39,126 nucleotides of DNA from a virus (lineage: Duplodnaviria > Caudoviricetes): positions 1 through 39,126 of the IMG/VR virus record IMGVR_UViG_3300027963_000140. The stretch is one strand, 5' to 3'. Numbering within the stretch: position 1 is the first letter of the stretch; each line of letters opens with the position of its first letter. This document shows positions 1 to 7,987 of this stretch, piece by piece. The position numbers and the translations under genes were made by a program. Under the pieces are notes generated by a model that worked only from the letters and a program-made list of their open reading frames with translations, was not told the origin of the DNA and searched no databases.

Positions 1-16
1 GTCGGCAGTGGAGGCC

Positions 17-38
17 TGGCCGGAAGGACCCGTGAAAA
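17..38 (-). other. cosQ-like packaging signal
   Basis: The minus strand reads TTTTCACGGGTCCTTCCGG, versus lambda TTTACGGGTCCTTTCCGG (cosQ = GGGTCCT, here 25-31). It lies 24 nt from the window end, and the phage has a gpA-type terminase and lambda-type portal. Confidence 0.55.
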
Positions 39-239
39 TTTCCGGCGGAAATCCAGGTGCTACACGAGTTGTAGCATTGCTACAGCCCTCGAAGATTTGG
101 TACACCCGTTATAGAGAGGGCTGCTGGGCGATTTGGAATCATGCGTACCATGCGCCGTACCAGCCCCAAAATCCATTGCGAATCCCCGTAGTAAATGAGC
201 AAGTTGCGACCCCTTGCGGGGGCATTTTCAAAGCTCATT

Positions 240-264
240 AACCCTGGATTTCCAGGGTTTTTTT
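240..264 (+). terminator. Rho-independent terminator
   Basis: AACCCTGG-ATTT-CCAGGGTT hairpin followed by a T run. Confidence 0.7.
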
Positions 265-275
265 ATTCCCCAAAG

Positions 276-305
276 CACGCTCGGACACGCTCGAACACGC
301 TCAAA
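276..305 (+). repeat. 3 x 10-bp tandem repeat (CACGCTCGGA/CACGCTCGAA/CACGCTCAAA), candidate Xis sites
   Basis: Seen directly, between the att core and the right-hand arm repeats. Confidence 0.7.
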
Positions 306-310
306 CCCGA

Positions 311-1453
311 TCAGCGCCGTACGTCGCGCCGTACTTTGACCGCGCGCCGTACATCACTCGGTTTGCTGATCGCCTTGGTCCAGTGATCGTCTGTTACCAT
401 GAGATAATGATCTTTCGCGACTCTCTTAGAATGTCCTAACCAAGCATCACACACATGAGATGCAAACTGTTCTTCCATGTCGGTGCGACATGAGGCTCTG
501 AGATTGTGCCACAGCTTTGGCCATTGCTTGAGGCCAGCCAGTAAGATCGCCGATTCGAGCCATTTTCGGAGCGTTGTTCTTGCACTAGACCTGGCTCGGC
601 TCAACACCCAAGGGGAGGAGTCAGCAGCCTCGGCAAGCTGGAGCATGTGCTCGTAGACGATCGGCACCATAGGAATCACTCGCTGGCCTGTCTTGGTCCC
701 CGTGGGGATCGTGATGCGATGCTTTTCGAAATCTATGTGAGCCCAAGTCAGGGGCAGCAGCTCGTGTGGGATCCGCAGGCCTGCAAACCTTGCGAGCACA
801 AAAGCGGCCTTGGCCTGAATCGATCCAAGCTTATCGAGCACCTTCATTGCGTCGGCCTCGGGTAGATGATAACCACGAGTCCGATCAATCTTGGCTCGCA
901 GATTAACGTTCGCGAATGGATTGGTCGCCAAAAGTCGAGAATCGACTGCGTCCTGGAGGACTTGCTTGGTCCGTTCGACGATCTTTTTTGCGTGGGCACT
1001 GGAATGCACCGATTCCATTCGCAGGGCAAAGTGTTTAGCGTCGGCAATCGTGATCTCGCTGATCAAGCGGTCTTTGAGATGATCTAAGGCGTGTTTGCGG
1101 GCAGTCCGAAAGCCTTTGATGGAACTGGGGGCAAAGTCGGCACGCTTCGCAACATAGGCATCCCAGACGACCGAGAGCAGCGGTGAGGCCTTAGGCGGCT
1201 TCCATTTGGCGAGCAATCCAGCGGCCTGGAGCTTGTCTCTGAATTTGGCATCACACAGAGAAATCCATGTTTGAATCTGCGTGTCCGGCTCGATCCCTAC
1301 AGTGTTGCTGGCCATCAGACGCTCGACGTTACGTCGGACGGTTTCAGCACCGGCCTTAGTCACCTTGCCCAAGTAGATCTGGCATCGTCGGCCAGACGGC
1401 AAGGTAACGCAACAGTACCAGCCTCGGTGCTTGTGTTTGTAGATCGAGCTCAT
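311..1453 (-). CDS. int: Tyrosine integrase
   Basis: Catalytic motifs FAGLR, KTG, WHNLRAS (HxxR), WLGHS and DHY; N-terminal arm-binding-like region; adjacent to att and xis. Confidence 0.95.
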   Translation of the reverse strand: MSSIYKHKHRGWYCCVTLPSGRRCQIYLGKVTKAGAETVRRNVERLMASNTVGIEPDTQIQTWISLCDAKFRDKLQAAGLLAKWKPPKASPLLSVVWDAYVAKRADFAPSSIKGFRTARKHALDHLKDRLISEITIADAKHFALRMESVHSSAHAKKIVERTKQVLQDAVDSRLLATNPFANVNLRAKIDRTRGYHLPEADAMKVLDKLGSIQAKAAFVLARFAGLRIPHELLPLTWAHIDFEKHRITIPTGTKTGQRVIPMVPIVYEHMLQLAEAADSSPWVLSRARSSARTTLRKWLESAILLAGLKQWPKLWHNLRASCRTDMEEQFASHVCDAWLGHSKRVAKDHYLMVTDDHWTKAISKPSDVRRAVKVRRDVRR

Positions 1454-1690
1454 TCATTCACGGCCTAAAAACCGATCGATTTCCTTGCGATCGATTCGCA
1501 GATGCCTGCCGATTTTAACGGCTCGGAGCTGCTGGGAATCGATCAAGCCATCAATCGTACGGACTGAAACACCAAGGATCTTTGCCACTTCTTCGCGAGA
1601 GTAGGCCTCGCGAGGAACGGCATTGCGAATCGCATCTTCGATCGTCTGGGTGAGCCACGAAAGATGCGTGGCCGTAGAATTGTCCGACAT
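1454..1690 (-). CDS. xis: Excisionase-family HTH protein
   Basis: YSREEVAKILGVSVRTI...LRAVKIGRHLRIDRKEIDRF is the excisionase/HTH_17 pattern; abuts int. Confidence 0.9.
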   Translation of the reverse strand: MSDNSTATHLSWLTQTIEDAIRNAVPREAYSREEVAKILGVSVRTIDGLIDSQQLRAVKIGRHLRIDRKEIDRFLGRE

Positions 1691-1768
1691 GATGGCTCCG
1701 AGTGGTCTTCTTCCTGAAAACCGCCCAGGGCGGGGTGTGCAAACAGTCTACGGACTCGGTCGGCTGAG

Positions 1769-2602
1769 TCAAGGCTTGGCCGACATCATGCGATAAAAAT
1801 CCAAAACGTCTTTGTTGATCCAGATCTCCGAGATCGTTGGATCGTGGTCGTAAAACGTCTTGGTGCCTGTAAAGCGAACTGTGGTATCTGGTCGAATGAG
1901 CAGAGCTCCAAACGCTGGCGACACCTCGCAGGTCTTTTGCTCGACGATGTATCCAGTCTTGATCTTTTCTTGGCCGGTGAACGGCTTGACGTCGGCAGTC
2001 TCTCGGTCAGTTCCATTGGCCAGCGTCAGCGATTGGAGAAACAACCATTCCTTGTCGACCCAAAGTGTCTCGGCTCGGAGCTCCGGTGCGCGGCCGGTTT
2101 GGGCCAGAGCGTAGAGCTTGACCCGTTTCAACTGTCCCTCGGGATCGAATTTGTGATCGTATCGAATAATTCCGTTGATCGCATCCACAGTTCGCTCCAT
2201 CGTCGACTCTAGCACTTGGCGGCGTGTCATCACCTTGGTCTTCACGGTCCCGGACTTCCACACGTTGTTTCTGAGTGTGTGGCCGGCCAGGAGCACATCG
2301 TCGCCGACCTCCAGTCCTGCGAGGATCTCGGATGCATCATCTATCGATCCAACCGGCTTGCGATTGATCGCACTAACGATCGCAAGCGGAAGCAATCCAC
2401 CAGCAGCAGTCGGAGTGTCTGGATTGACCACAGCGACCAAGATTCCTCGTTTGACTGGCAGCTTGGCAAACCCAAGCCCCTTCAGCAGCTTGTCATTGCC
2501 TTGGATCGGGATGCCTGAGAACCCAAGATGTTTGGCGTCCCATTCGTCGCCGGCAACACTGCCAACCATCATAACCACTAAAAAAATCACTCCTGCAAAC
2601 AT
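1769..2602 (-). CDS. Exported protein with PDZ-like domain
   Basis: Hydrophobic signal peptide; GILVAVVNPDTPTAAGGL...IVSAINRKPV resembles a PDZ fold. Confidence 0.65.
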   Translation of the reverse strand: MFAGVIFLVVMMVGSVAGDEWDAKHLGFSGIPIQGNDKLLKGLGFAKLPVKRGILVAVVNPDTPTAAGGLLPLAIVSAINRKPVGSIDDASEILAGLEVGDDVLLAGHTLRNNVWKSGTVKTKVMTRRQVLESTMERTVDAINGIIRYDHKFDPEGQLKRVKLYALAQTGRAPELRAETLWVDKEWLFLQSLTLANGTDRETADVKPFTGQEKIKTGYIVEQKTCEVSPAFGALLIRPDTTVRFTGTKTFYDHDPTISEIWINKDVLDFYRMMSAKP

Positions 2603-2863
2603 TGGTTTTTCCTCGATTTTGCGTTTTCCCGGCTGGGAAAACTGGACGGTTTAGGAAATTTAGGACGGCTTTGACCAGACGTGTCAAAACCGGTCGGATA
2701 CTAGCTGCGTTATTTCAAAGTCTTGTAGTTTCTATTGGTGAAATCATGCGGAAAGTCAACGTTTTTATTGTGGATGATTTGGATTTGAAGGTTCTGCTTC
2801 GTTTCTCGCGAGTCGGACGAAAAAAAGCGAGTTGGATCGCTAGTCAGTGGGGAAAAGAAAAAG

Positions 2864-3259
2864 TCAGTCAGACATCCGTTTTGATTTGCGACTCGGAGAT
2901 TCCTTTGCCACTTTTGCTGCCTCAGCAAGCTGTTTTGCAATCGCCGACTTTGTTTTGCTAGACCGTTTTGCGCGATACTTAGCTTCCAGCGTTCGCTTTT
3001 CTTCGAGCTGCTCGGGTAGCAGCATTTCGTCAGCGTTTCTCATGACCAACGGGCTAACAGGGCCAACAAACTTCCGGCCCTGCTCAAACAAGTGTTCCAT
3101 GCCTGTGTGAAGCGTTTTCCATGCAGGGTGCGGAAACTCCTGGATTTTTGCGTCTTCCAGGTTCTTGAGCGCTGTTCGCATTTCGCTGGCTGCAAGCTCC
3201 AGCAGTTCAACGAACTTTTGGATTCGTTCGATCGGTATTTGGTTCTTCTCGTGGTTCAT
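2864..3259 (-). CDS. Hypothetical protein with basic C-terminus, in the repressor position
   Basis: 131-aa ORF transcribed divergently from the early operon; no clear HTH motif. Confidence 0.6.
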   Translation of the reverse strand: MNHEKNQIPIERIQKFVELLELAASEMRTALKNLEDAKIQEFPHPAWKTLHTGMEHLFEQGRKFVGPVSPLVMRNADEMLLPEQLEEKRTLEAKYRAKRSSKTKSAIAKQLAEAAKVAKESPSRKSKRMSD

Positions 3260-3327
3260 GCCGTAATCTTTCTCGAATTTTTTTAAAGATCAATAGCCCA
3301 AGGAAAACATTGATAAACATCTACGCG

Positions 3328-3405
3328 CAAGGGAGTGCGTTGGGAGAATGTTGGGAGCAAGTTGGGAAAATCCTGTTGACGTCTATAAACCGACAATGTA
3401 AAAAT
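3328..3405 (+). promoter_or_regulatory. Divergent switch region: phased GTTGGGAG repeats plus sigma70-like promoter
   Basis: GTTGGGA(G/A) at 3339, 3350 and 3361 (11-bp period) with a partial copy at 3328. TTGACG at 3376-3381, then 17 nt, then TAAAAAT. Confidence 0.55.
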
Positions 3406-3480
3406 ACAGACGTGTGAAAACGAGCGTATGACACGCTTGTTTCAGTGGCATGACGCCAACCGCGTCTCGCCCGGAGGATT

Positions 3481-3801
3481 TTGGTCATGAACAACTCAAG
3501 AGAACAGCTGATTATGGTTTTGCGTGCTGGAAGGACTCGACGAAAGCAATCACGAGTCGAGGAACGTGTCCGATGCGACAAGTGCCTCGGTACAAATCGC
3601 GATGGTTCGGAGTGCGACAAGCAGGCAACGCGTCGAGGGCTTTGTGAGAATTGTTACCGCGCATGGATGGCCTCTGTTCGAGGAATGAATCCAGAGCAGA
3701 AAGCGGCAGCCGAATCTCGCTTGATCTCGGCTGGTGCTTTGCTTGGCGATAGGGAGGTTTTGAGAATCAAGAACAGGTCGGTTTTTGTGAGACTAGCTTG
3801 A
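3481..3801 (+). CDS. Cys-rich (zinc-finger-like) protein, first early gene
   Basis: CDKC...C...RGLCENCY motifs; true start may be an internal Met. Confidence 0.65.
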   Translation: MVMNNSREQLIMVLRAGRTRRKQSRVEERVRCDKCLGTNRDGSECDKQATRRGLCENCYRAWMASVRGMNPEQKAAAESRLISAGALLGDREVLRIKNRSVFVRLA

Positions 3802-3829
3802 GCCGCTTCGGGCGGGGTGTGCGGCCCCG

Positions 3830-4213
3830 GTGTCACGGACTGATGCCGGGGCCTTTTTCAGATCATTAGAAAGGGCGAATGAAATGGATCAAAAAGCGAA
3901 GAACTTTATGAGGCACGTGGACAAGCTCTACGCTGCTGCGGCGAGGGTTGGCAATCGCGAGGTCTGCTTGCAGGTCGGCTCTATGGTGGTGGTCGTCCGC
4001 CACGCGGTGCCCGAGCTGCGGTCGGCTTGGAGTCAGTTTGTGTTCTCGATCTGCACTGACGATGACCACATGTTGAACCATCTTAAATACTTCTACGCAG
4101 TCGTTCGCAACATGCGAGGCCACGACGCGGTGTCACTGATCGAGCTGAGTGCCGATGTGGCCTTTTCCGTCGATGTCAGTGTGGCTGCTCAAACCGTGGA
4201 TTTGGTGGCGTAA
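3830..4213 (+). CDS. Hypothetical protein
   Basis: ORF whose stop overlaps the next start (TAATG); start uncertain. Confidence 0.55.
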   Translation: MSRTDAGAFFRSLERANEMDQKAKNFMRHVDKLYAAAARVGNREVCLQVGSMVVVVRHAVPELRSAWSQFVFSICTDDDHMLNHLKYFYAVVRNMRGHDAVSLIELSADVAFSVDVSVAAQTVDLVA

Positions 4214-4581
4214 TGGGCGTCATCATCAAAAAACCAACTAAGCGAATGGCACCCAGTCCGAAGCGCGAGCCATTAAACACGACGGTCGTCGTAATGGCAC
4301 TCGGGACGTTCGACGATGTGCCGGTGCGAGTCTTCGACTCGACGACTCCCAGGTCAGATGCCAAGCAATGGGCCGAGCGACTTGCTAAGTCGGCGGCGGC
4401 AGTCGACGAGACGGTTCGCCTGCTGTGCGATCGCATGGGGTGGAATCGCGATTCGCATGGGATCCGCAAACTTCGGATCGTGTGCTTCCACAAAGGCGTA
4501 CCCGAGAGCATTCTCGTGGACATCGACGTTGTCGGCGACAGACCAACTCAAGACAGAATTGTGAGGTATAGCGATGTCTGA
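4213..4581 (+). CDS. Hypothetical protein
   Basis: Translationally coupled on both sides. Confidence 0.65.
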   Translation: MGVIIKKPTKRMAPSPKREPLNTTVVVMALGTFDDVPVRVFDSTTPRSDAKQWAERLAKSAAAVDETVRLLCDRMGWNRDSHGIRKLRIVCFHKGVPESILVDIDVVGDRPTQDRIVRYSDV

Positions 4582-5074
4582 TGAAACTCAATGGCCGGTA
4601 GCCAAGGTGCTGTTGTACTGGAGCGAAACGCACTGGCGCGGTCGCGTTGAACGGCCTAAATCGTGCGCCATGCCCACCCTGGACTGGGAGCTTGCGGATG
4701 ATGGCGCACCGTTCCTCGGTGATCGCCCCGCGTTAGGTGAGATGGCAGAAGCACTGCGTCGCATCGGGGCAAAGGCTGGTGTCACGTTTAAAGATCCTGA
4801 AATTGCCACACATGTCTACGGTCTTTCTTCGGATGGACCCTTCACTCCACTGGCTGCTAAGACCAACACGGACATCAACACCGAAAGAATGTTGAAGTGG
4901 TTCAAGTATGACCACCTTCCACAATCGCTACAAAACATGTCGCTTTCTTTTTCTCAGCTTGCGGTTGAGGTTGGCGAGCGTTGCGAGCCTGGGCCAGAGC
5001 GGACGGTGGCACTCCGAAAGCTGCTGGAGGCAAAAGACGCAGCGGTGCGAGCTAGGTTGCATCCTGGCGGGTGA
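4574..5074 (+). CDS. Phage protein with C-terminal helical hairpin domain (F-x-Y-x-HLP...ERTVALRKLLEAKDAAVRA)
   Basis: The C-terminal ~55 aa match a pattern recalled from small phage proteins; function unassigned. Confidence 0.75.
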   Translation: MSDETQWPVAKVLLYWSETHWRGRVERPKSCAMPTLDWELADDGAPFLGDRPALGEMAEALRRIGAKAGVTFKDPEIATHVYGLSSDGPFTPLAAKTNTDINTERMLKWFKYDHLPQSLQNMSLSFSQLAVEVGERCEPGPERTVALRKLLEAKDAAVRARLHPGG

Positions 5075-5144
5075 TGGAAACAAGAACTGAGAGCCGTTTC
5101 TCAGTCGTGATTGATTGATTGGATTTTGCAAAAGGGGCAAAAGA

Positions 5145-5579
5145 ATGGTTTGGCAAAGTGTTAATTATGGTGTCGACCGTAGATGTGGTGGACGCCGAAG
5201 ACGCGTAAATTCGGTTTATTTATGTCGAAGCAAGAAAAGCTCTGTTATTGACAAATCGCAGTTCTGCATTGAACCGCAGATTATCGCATCAGTGGGGTGG
5301 ATGCATCACGATTTGATTGATTTCCAATTTGACAGTGAATCGAAACGCTTTCGTTTGTTTCGCAATCCGCAACAAGGCCATAGGTTGCAGCAACCAGAAA
5401 AAAGAAAAGGGGCAGCGGTGAGACTTGTGCTTTCAAAGGACCTTTTTCAAAAAACATTGCTTGAGTGGTTTCCAGTGCTACGCAGTACTGGTTGCACTAT
5501 CAAGACAATTAAGTGCGAAATCTCCAAAGAAGCAGACATGTCTTTGGTTATTTCAAACTTGGTCTTAATCGATCAATAG
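5145..5579 (+). CDS. Hypothetical protein, AT-rich
   Basis: ORF with a purine-rich RBS before ATG 5145; visibly lower GC than its flanks. Confidence 0.55.
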   Translation: MVWQSVNYGVDRRCGGRRRRVNSVYLCRSKKSSVIDKSQFCIEPQIIASVGWMHHDLIDFQFDSESKRFRLFRNPQQGHRLQQPEKRKGAAVRLVLSKDLFQKTLLEWFPVLRSTGCTIKTIKCEISKEADMSLVISNLVLIDQ

Positions 5580-5691
5580 GACCAACACAACGATCAAGCT
5601 AGCGGGCCGCATTCCGTCTTTTCACTGCGGTGTTTCTCGCGAGCTTGATCAGTGACGGTCTTCGGACGCCGGATGACGTAACCGGCAAATG

Positions 5692-5763
5692 GCCCTGAAA
5701 GTTATCGCGGTGGAACACCTGGCTTGTAGCCAGGAGGCGATGGTTCGAATCCATCTCGGGGCC
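5692..5763 (+). tRNA. tRNA-Thr(TGT)-like gene, atypical D-arm
   Basis: Acceptor GCCCTGA/TCGGGGC; anticodon arm CCTGG-CTTGTAG-CCAGG; T-arm GATGG-TTCGAAT-CCATC. Lacks U8 and an encoded CCA; D-stem is weak. Confidence 0.75.
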
Positions 5764-5766
5764 CTA

Positions 5767-5908
5767 GGATCGGCGGCGCGGCGAGAACCGCGACGCAGTA
5801 CGGCAAAGCGTCATCTCACAATCGACTCTGCCTGCTAGGACACGGCGGCAGGGAGAGTTGGTGCCATCGTGAAGTGAGAAGCAGCAGGTGTGAATCCTGC
5901 CCGGTCCT
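5767..5908 (+). ncRNA. tRNA-ended structured RNA (142 nt)
   Basis: GGATCGG (5767-5773) pairs with CCGGTCC (5901-5907), which directly follows the T-arm-like GCAGG-TGTGAAT-CCTGC; three internal helical domains. Confidence 0.6.
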
Positions 5909-5973
5909 TTTGCCAGTCGTACGAGTGTCGTACGAGGCAGTTTGGTTGATAGTTTTTTCCAGCGGAGGCGACA

Positions 5974-6189
5974 ATGAAGTCCCCAAGCTTGCGGTCGGTG
6001 TGGTTGGTTTTTTACGCGATGTGTCTGGTGCTCCTCGGCGGTGGCTATGCGGCGATCGCAGCAGCCGAGACAACCAAGTCGGCGACACAGTGCGCCTCGG
6101 GCCAGTGCCCTCGTGCGGTCTCTCGCACGACCCCTCCGAAGATCTATCGGTCGGCCAAGCGTCCGATCGTGATTTATTCTCGAAGATAG
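5974..6189 (+). CDS. Small exported/membrane peptide with CASGQCP motif
   Basis: GGAGG RBS; N-terminal hydrophobic segment; C-x4-C motif; basic tail. Confidence 0.7.
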   Translation: MKSPSLRSVWLVFYAMCLVLLGGGYAAIAAAETTKSATQCASGQCPRAVSRTTPPKIYRSAKRPIVIYSRR

Positions 6190-6323
6190 CGCGGTCGCCC
6201 TTGCCCGCGCTGCACGGTCGTGGGTTACATGCTGGCACGCCCATGCATGGCAGACCCTCGGGGGGTGGTTCCCCAGCGATCGTTTTGTTTGTTGTGTTTT
6301 TTTTTATCATCTAAGCAGGGTTC

Positions 6324-6650
6324 ATGATGGCAAAACTAGCAGGGTTTACACTCGAGACTGGCAAGCTCTATGCGGTCGGCATCGGTACGAAAAAGAAACC
6401 GATCAAGACGACCTACAACGTCGACATGGATCAGTGGTACATCCGCTTCGGCGATGCACCATGGAATCACCTTGGGGAGTTCATCGAGCAGAACCCCGGT
6501 ATCGAGATCGACGAGATCGACGCACAAGGCAATCAAGTCGGCAGCACAAGCGATCCGGCTCCAGTCGGCGAGGCTGTCGATGTGATGCCAGCCCTGGCCG
6601 CAGCTGCGGCACCGATCACCGGCCACGAAGCTCCGGCCTGGATGGAGTGA
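6324..6650 (+). CDS. Hypothetical protein
   Basis: ORF with an RBS, in the early operon. Confidence 0.7.
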   Translation: MMAKLAGFTLETGKLYAVGIGTKKKPIKTTYNVDMDQWYIRFGDAPWNHLGEFIEQNPGIEIDEIDAQGNQVGSTSDPAPVGEAVDVMPALAAAAAPITGHEAPAWME

Positions 6651-6657
6651 TTGGGCC

Positions 6658-7002
6658 ATGACAGCAGTCCAGCAATTCCTAGCACTGACCGGTGATGCAG
6701 CCGACGCGAATCGAGACATCGTCCGACTGGCCGACAGTCGGCGATCGTCGGCGCGCGAAGAGTCGCGGTTAATCAAGGGCAAGCGACTGCAAGTCTGGAC
6801 GGTTATCTCTCGATCGCCTCGTGGACTCACGATGCGTGAGATGGCGGCGATCAGTGGCCGGGGGATCAACTGTTGGACGCAACCTTTCTCGGACCTTCGG
6901 GCCTGGGGAATCATCGAGACGACGGAAGAACGACGGGACGGAGGCACTGTGCATCGTCTCAAGAAAACGATTGTGGTAACTGACAAGGGAGAATGGGAAT
7001 AA
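6658..7002 (+). CDS. Winged-HTH DNA-binding protein
   Basis: GLTMREMAAISGRGINCWTQPFSDLRAWGIIE resembles a wHTH. Confidence 0.7.
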   Translation: MTAVQQFLALTGDAADANRDIVRLADSRRSSAREESRLIKGKRLQVWTVISRSPRGLTMREMAAISGRGINCWTQPFSDLRAWGIIETTEERRDGGTVHRLKKTIVVTDKGEWE

Positions 7003-7679
7003 TGGCTTGGTATTCAATTGCGAATGAAGAAGTGAACCTGACGATTCAAAAGGTCATGAAGGAGAACCATGGGGATCTGCATGCCGAAGGCGTGACGATC
7101 ACCGCACTGATCGCCAGGAGCGAAGATGGGCCGGCGCTCAAGGTCGGCGGACGCGAGGCCCTTGGATACATCCGTGTGACCAAACTGACCGAGAGGACGC
7201 TTGGGCTAGGCGATGCCCTGATGATACTCGACGGTGAATCGATGCCCGCGTGGAGCAGCAAGCGACTGCAAGCGGTGATCGACCACGAGCTGCGGCACCT
7301 GATGCTCGCGAAGAGCAAAAAGACTGGTGAGATCCAACGTGACGACGAAGGTCGGCCCAAGCTCCGGATCCGGCCTCACGATTTCGAGTTTGGCTGGTTT
7401 GCTCGTACGGCCGAGCTCTACGGAGAAGAGTCCTACGAAGTCTCCCAGGCTCGGGAGATTGTGGCCGCTCAATTCGTCCAGGACTTCCTGCCTGGCTTCG
7501 AGGTCGACCCAGACCCCACCGGCCTGGATGGTTACAGCGGCAAGAAGCAGGAAGTCAAGCATGTCAACCTGAAGGTTACCAAGAAGATCATTGCCGAGCG
7601 GGAGAAGATCCAGTCGGACCTCGACTCGGCAGCCACTAGGCAGTCCACCGCAGCTCTCTCGGCCAAGGCCAAGCAATGA
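7002..7679 (+). CDS. Putative phage metallopeptidase
   Basis: AVIDHELRH (HExxH) followed by RPHDFE, typical of the phage metallopeptidase family. Confidence 0.85.
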   Translation: MAWYSIANEEVNLTIQKVMKENHGDLHAEGVTITALIARSEDGPALKVGGREALGYIRVTKLTERTLGLGDALMILDGESMPAWSSKRLQAVIDHELRHLMLAKSKKTGEIQRDDEGRPKLRIRPHDFEFGWFARTAELYGEESYEVSQAREIVAAQFVQDFLPGFEVDPDPTGLDGYSGKKQEVKHVNLKVTKKIIAEREKIQSDLDSAATRQSTAALSAKAKQ

Positions 7680-7987
7680 GCCTGGATCAAAACAAAGGAC
7701 CGATCTACGGCGTCGTGCTTTACGACGAAATGCCAATCGGTAACAAGGGATGGAAGCAAGCTTTTCCTAGCAGGGAGGAGCTTGAAAAAGTCCGAAGGAA
7801 AGTTGGCGATCGAACTGTAGCGGCCTTCGAGGTCCTAACTGAGCATCATCGAGCTTTAAATGAGGCGATCGCGCGTGGCGGCTACGACCTTTCTGTTTGC
7901 ATGGATTGCGGGGCCCCAGTCGTCTGCATTCCCGACGGGATGCCAATGTGCGAGCCATGCGCAGAAAAGGCAGGTGTAACCCCATGA
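7676..7987 (+). CDS. Hypothetical protein with two CxxC motifs
   Basis: CMDC...CEPC; ATGA overlaps with neighbours. Confidence 0.7.
   Translation: MSLDQNKGPIYGVVLYDEMPIGNKGWKQAFPSREELEKVRRKVGDRTVAAFEVLTEHHRALNEAIARGGYDLSVCMDCGAPVVCIPDGMPMCEPCAEKAGVTP

Larger units (their letters stand above)
141..352. other. attP-like region
   Basis: GCGCCGTAC occurs at 152-160, 314-322, 326-334 and 344-352, flanking a tRNA-3'-end-like core (CAAGT-TGCGACC-CCTTG-CGGGGGC-A, 200-224). The region sits directly downstream of the integrase. Confidence 0.65.

Noticed and set aside
276-352. Short repeats as a mini CRISPR array
   Set aside because: Units are 9-10 bp with no unique 25-45 bp spacers and there are no cas genes; att arm/Xis sites explain them better.
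2602-2961. ORFs 2602-2961(+) and 2710-2940(-)
   Set aside because: They overlap each other and 2864-3259. A short gene from MRKVNV is possible but cannot be supported.
5816-6314. ORFs 5816-6310(-) and 5874-6314(+)
   Set aside because: They overlap the structured RNA and the better-supported 5974-6189 gene, and have implausible composition.
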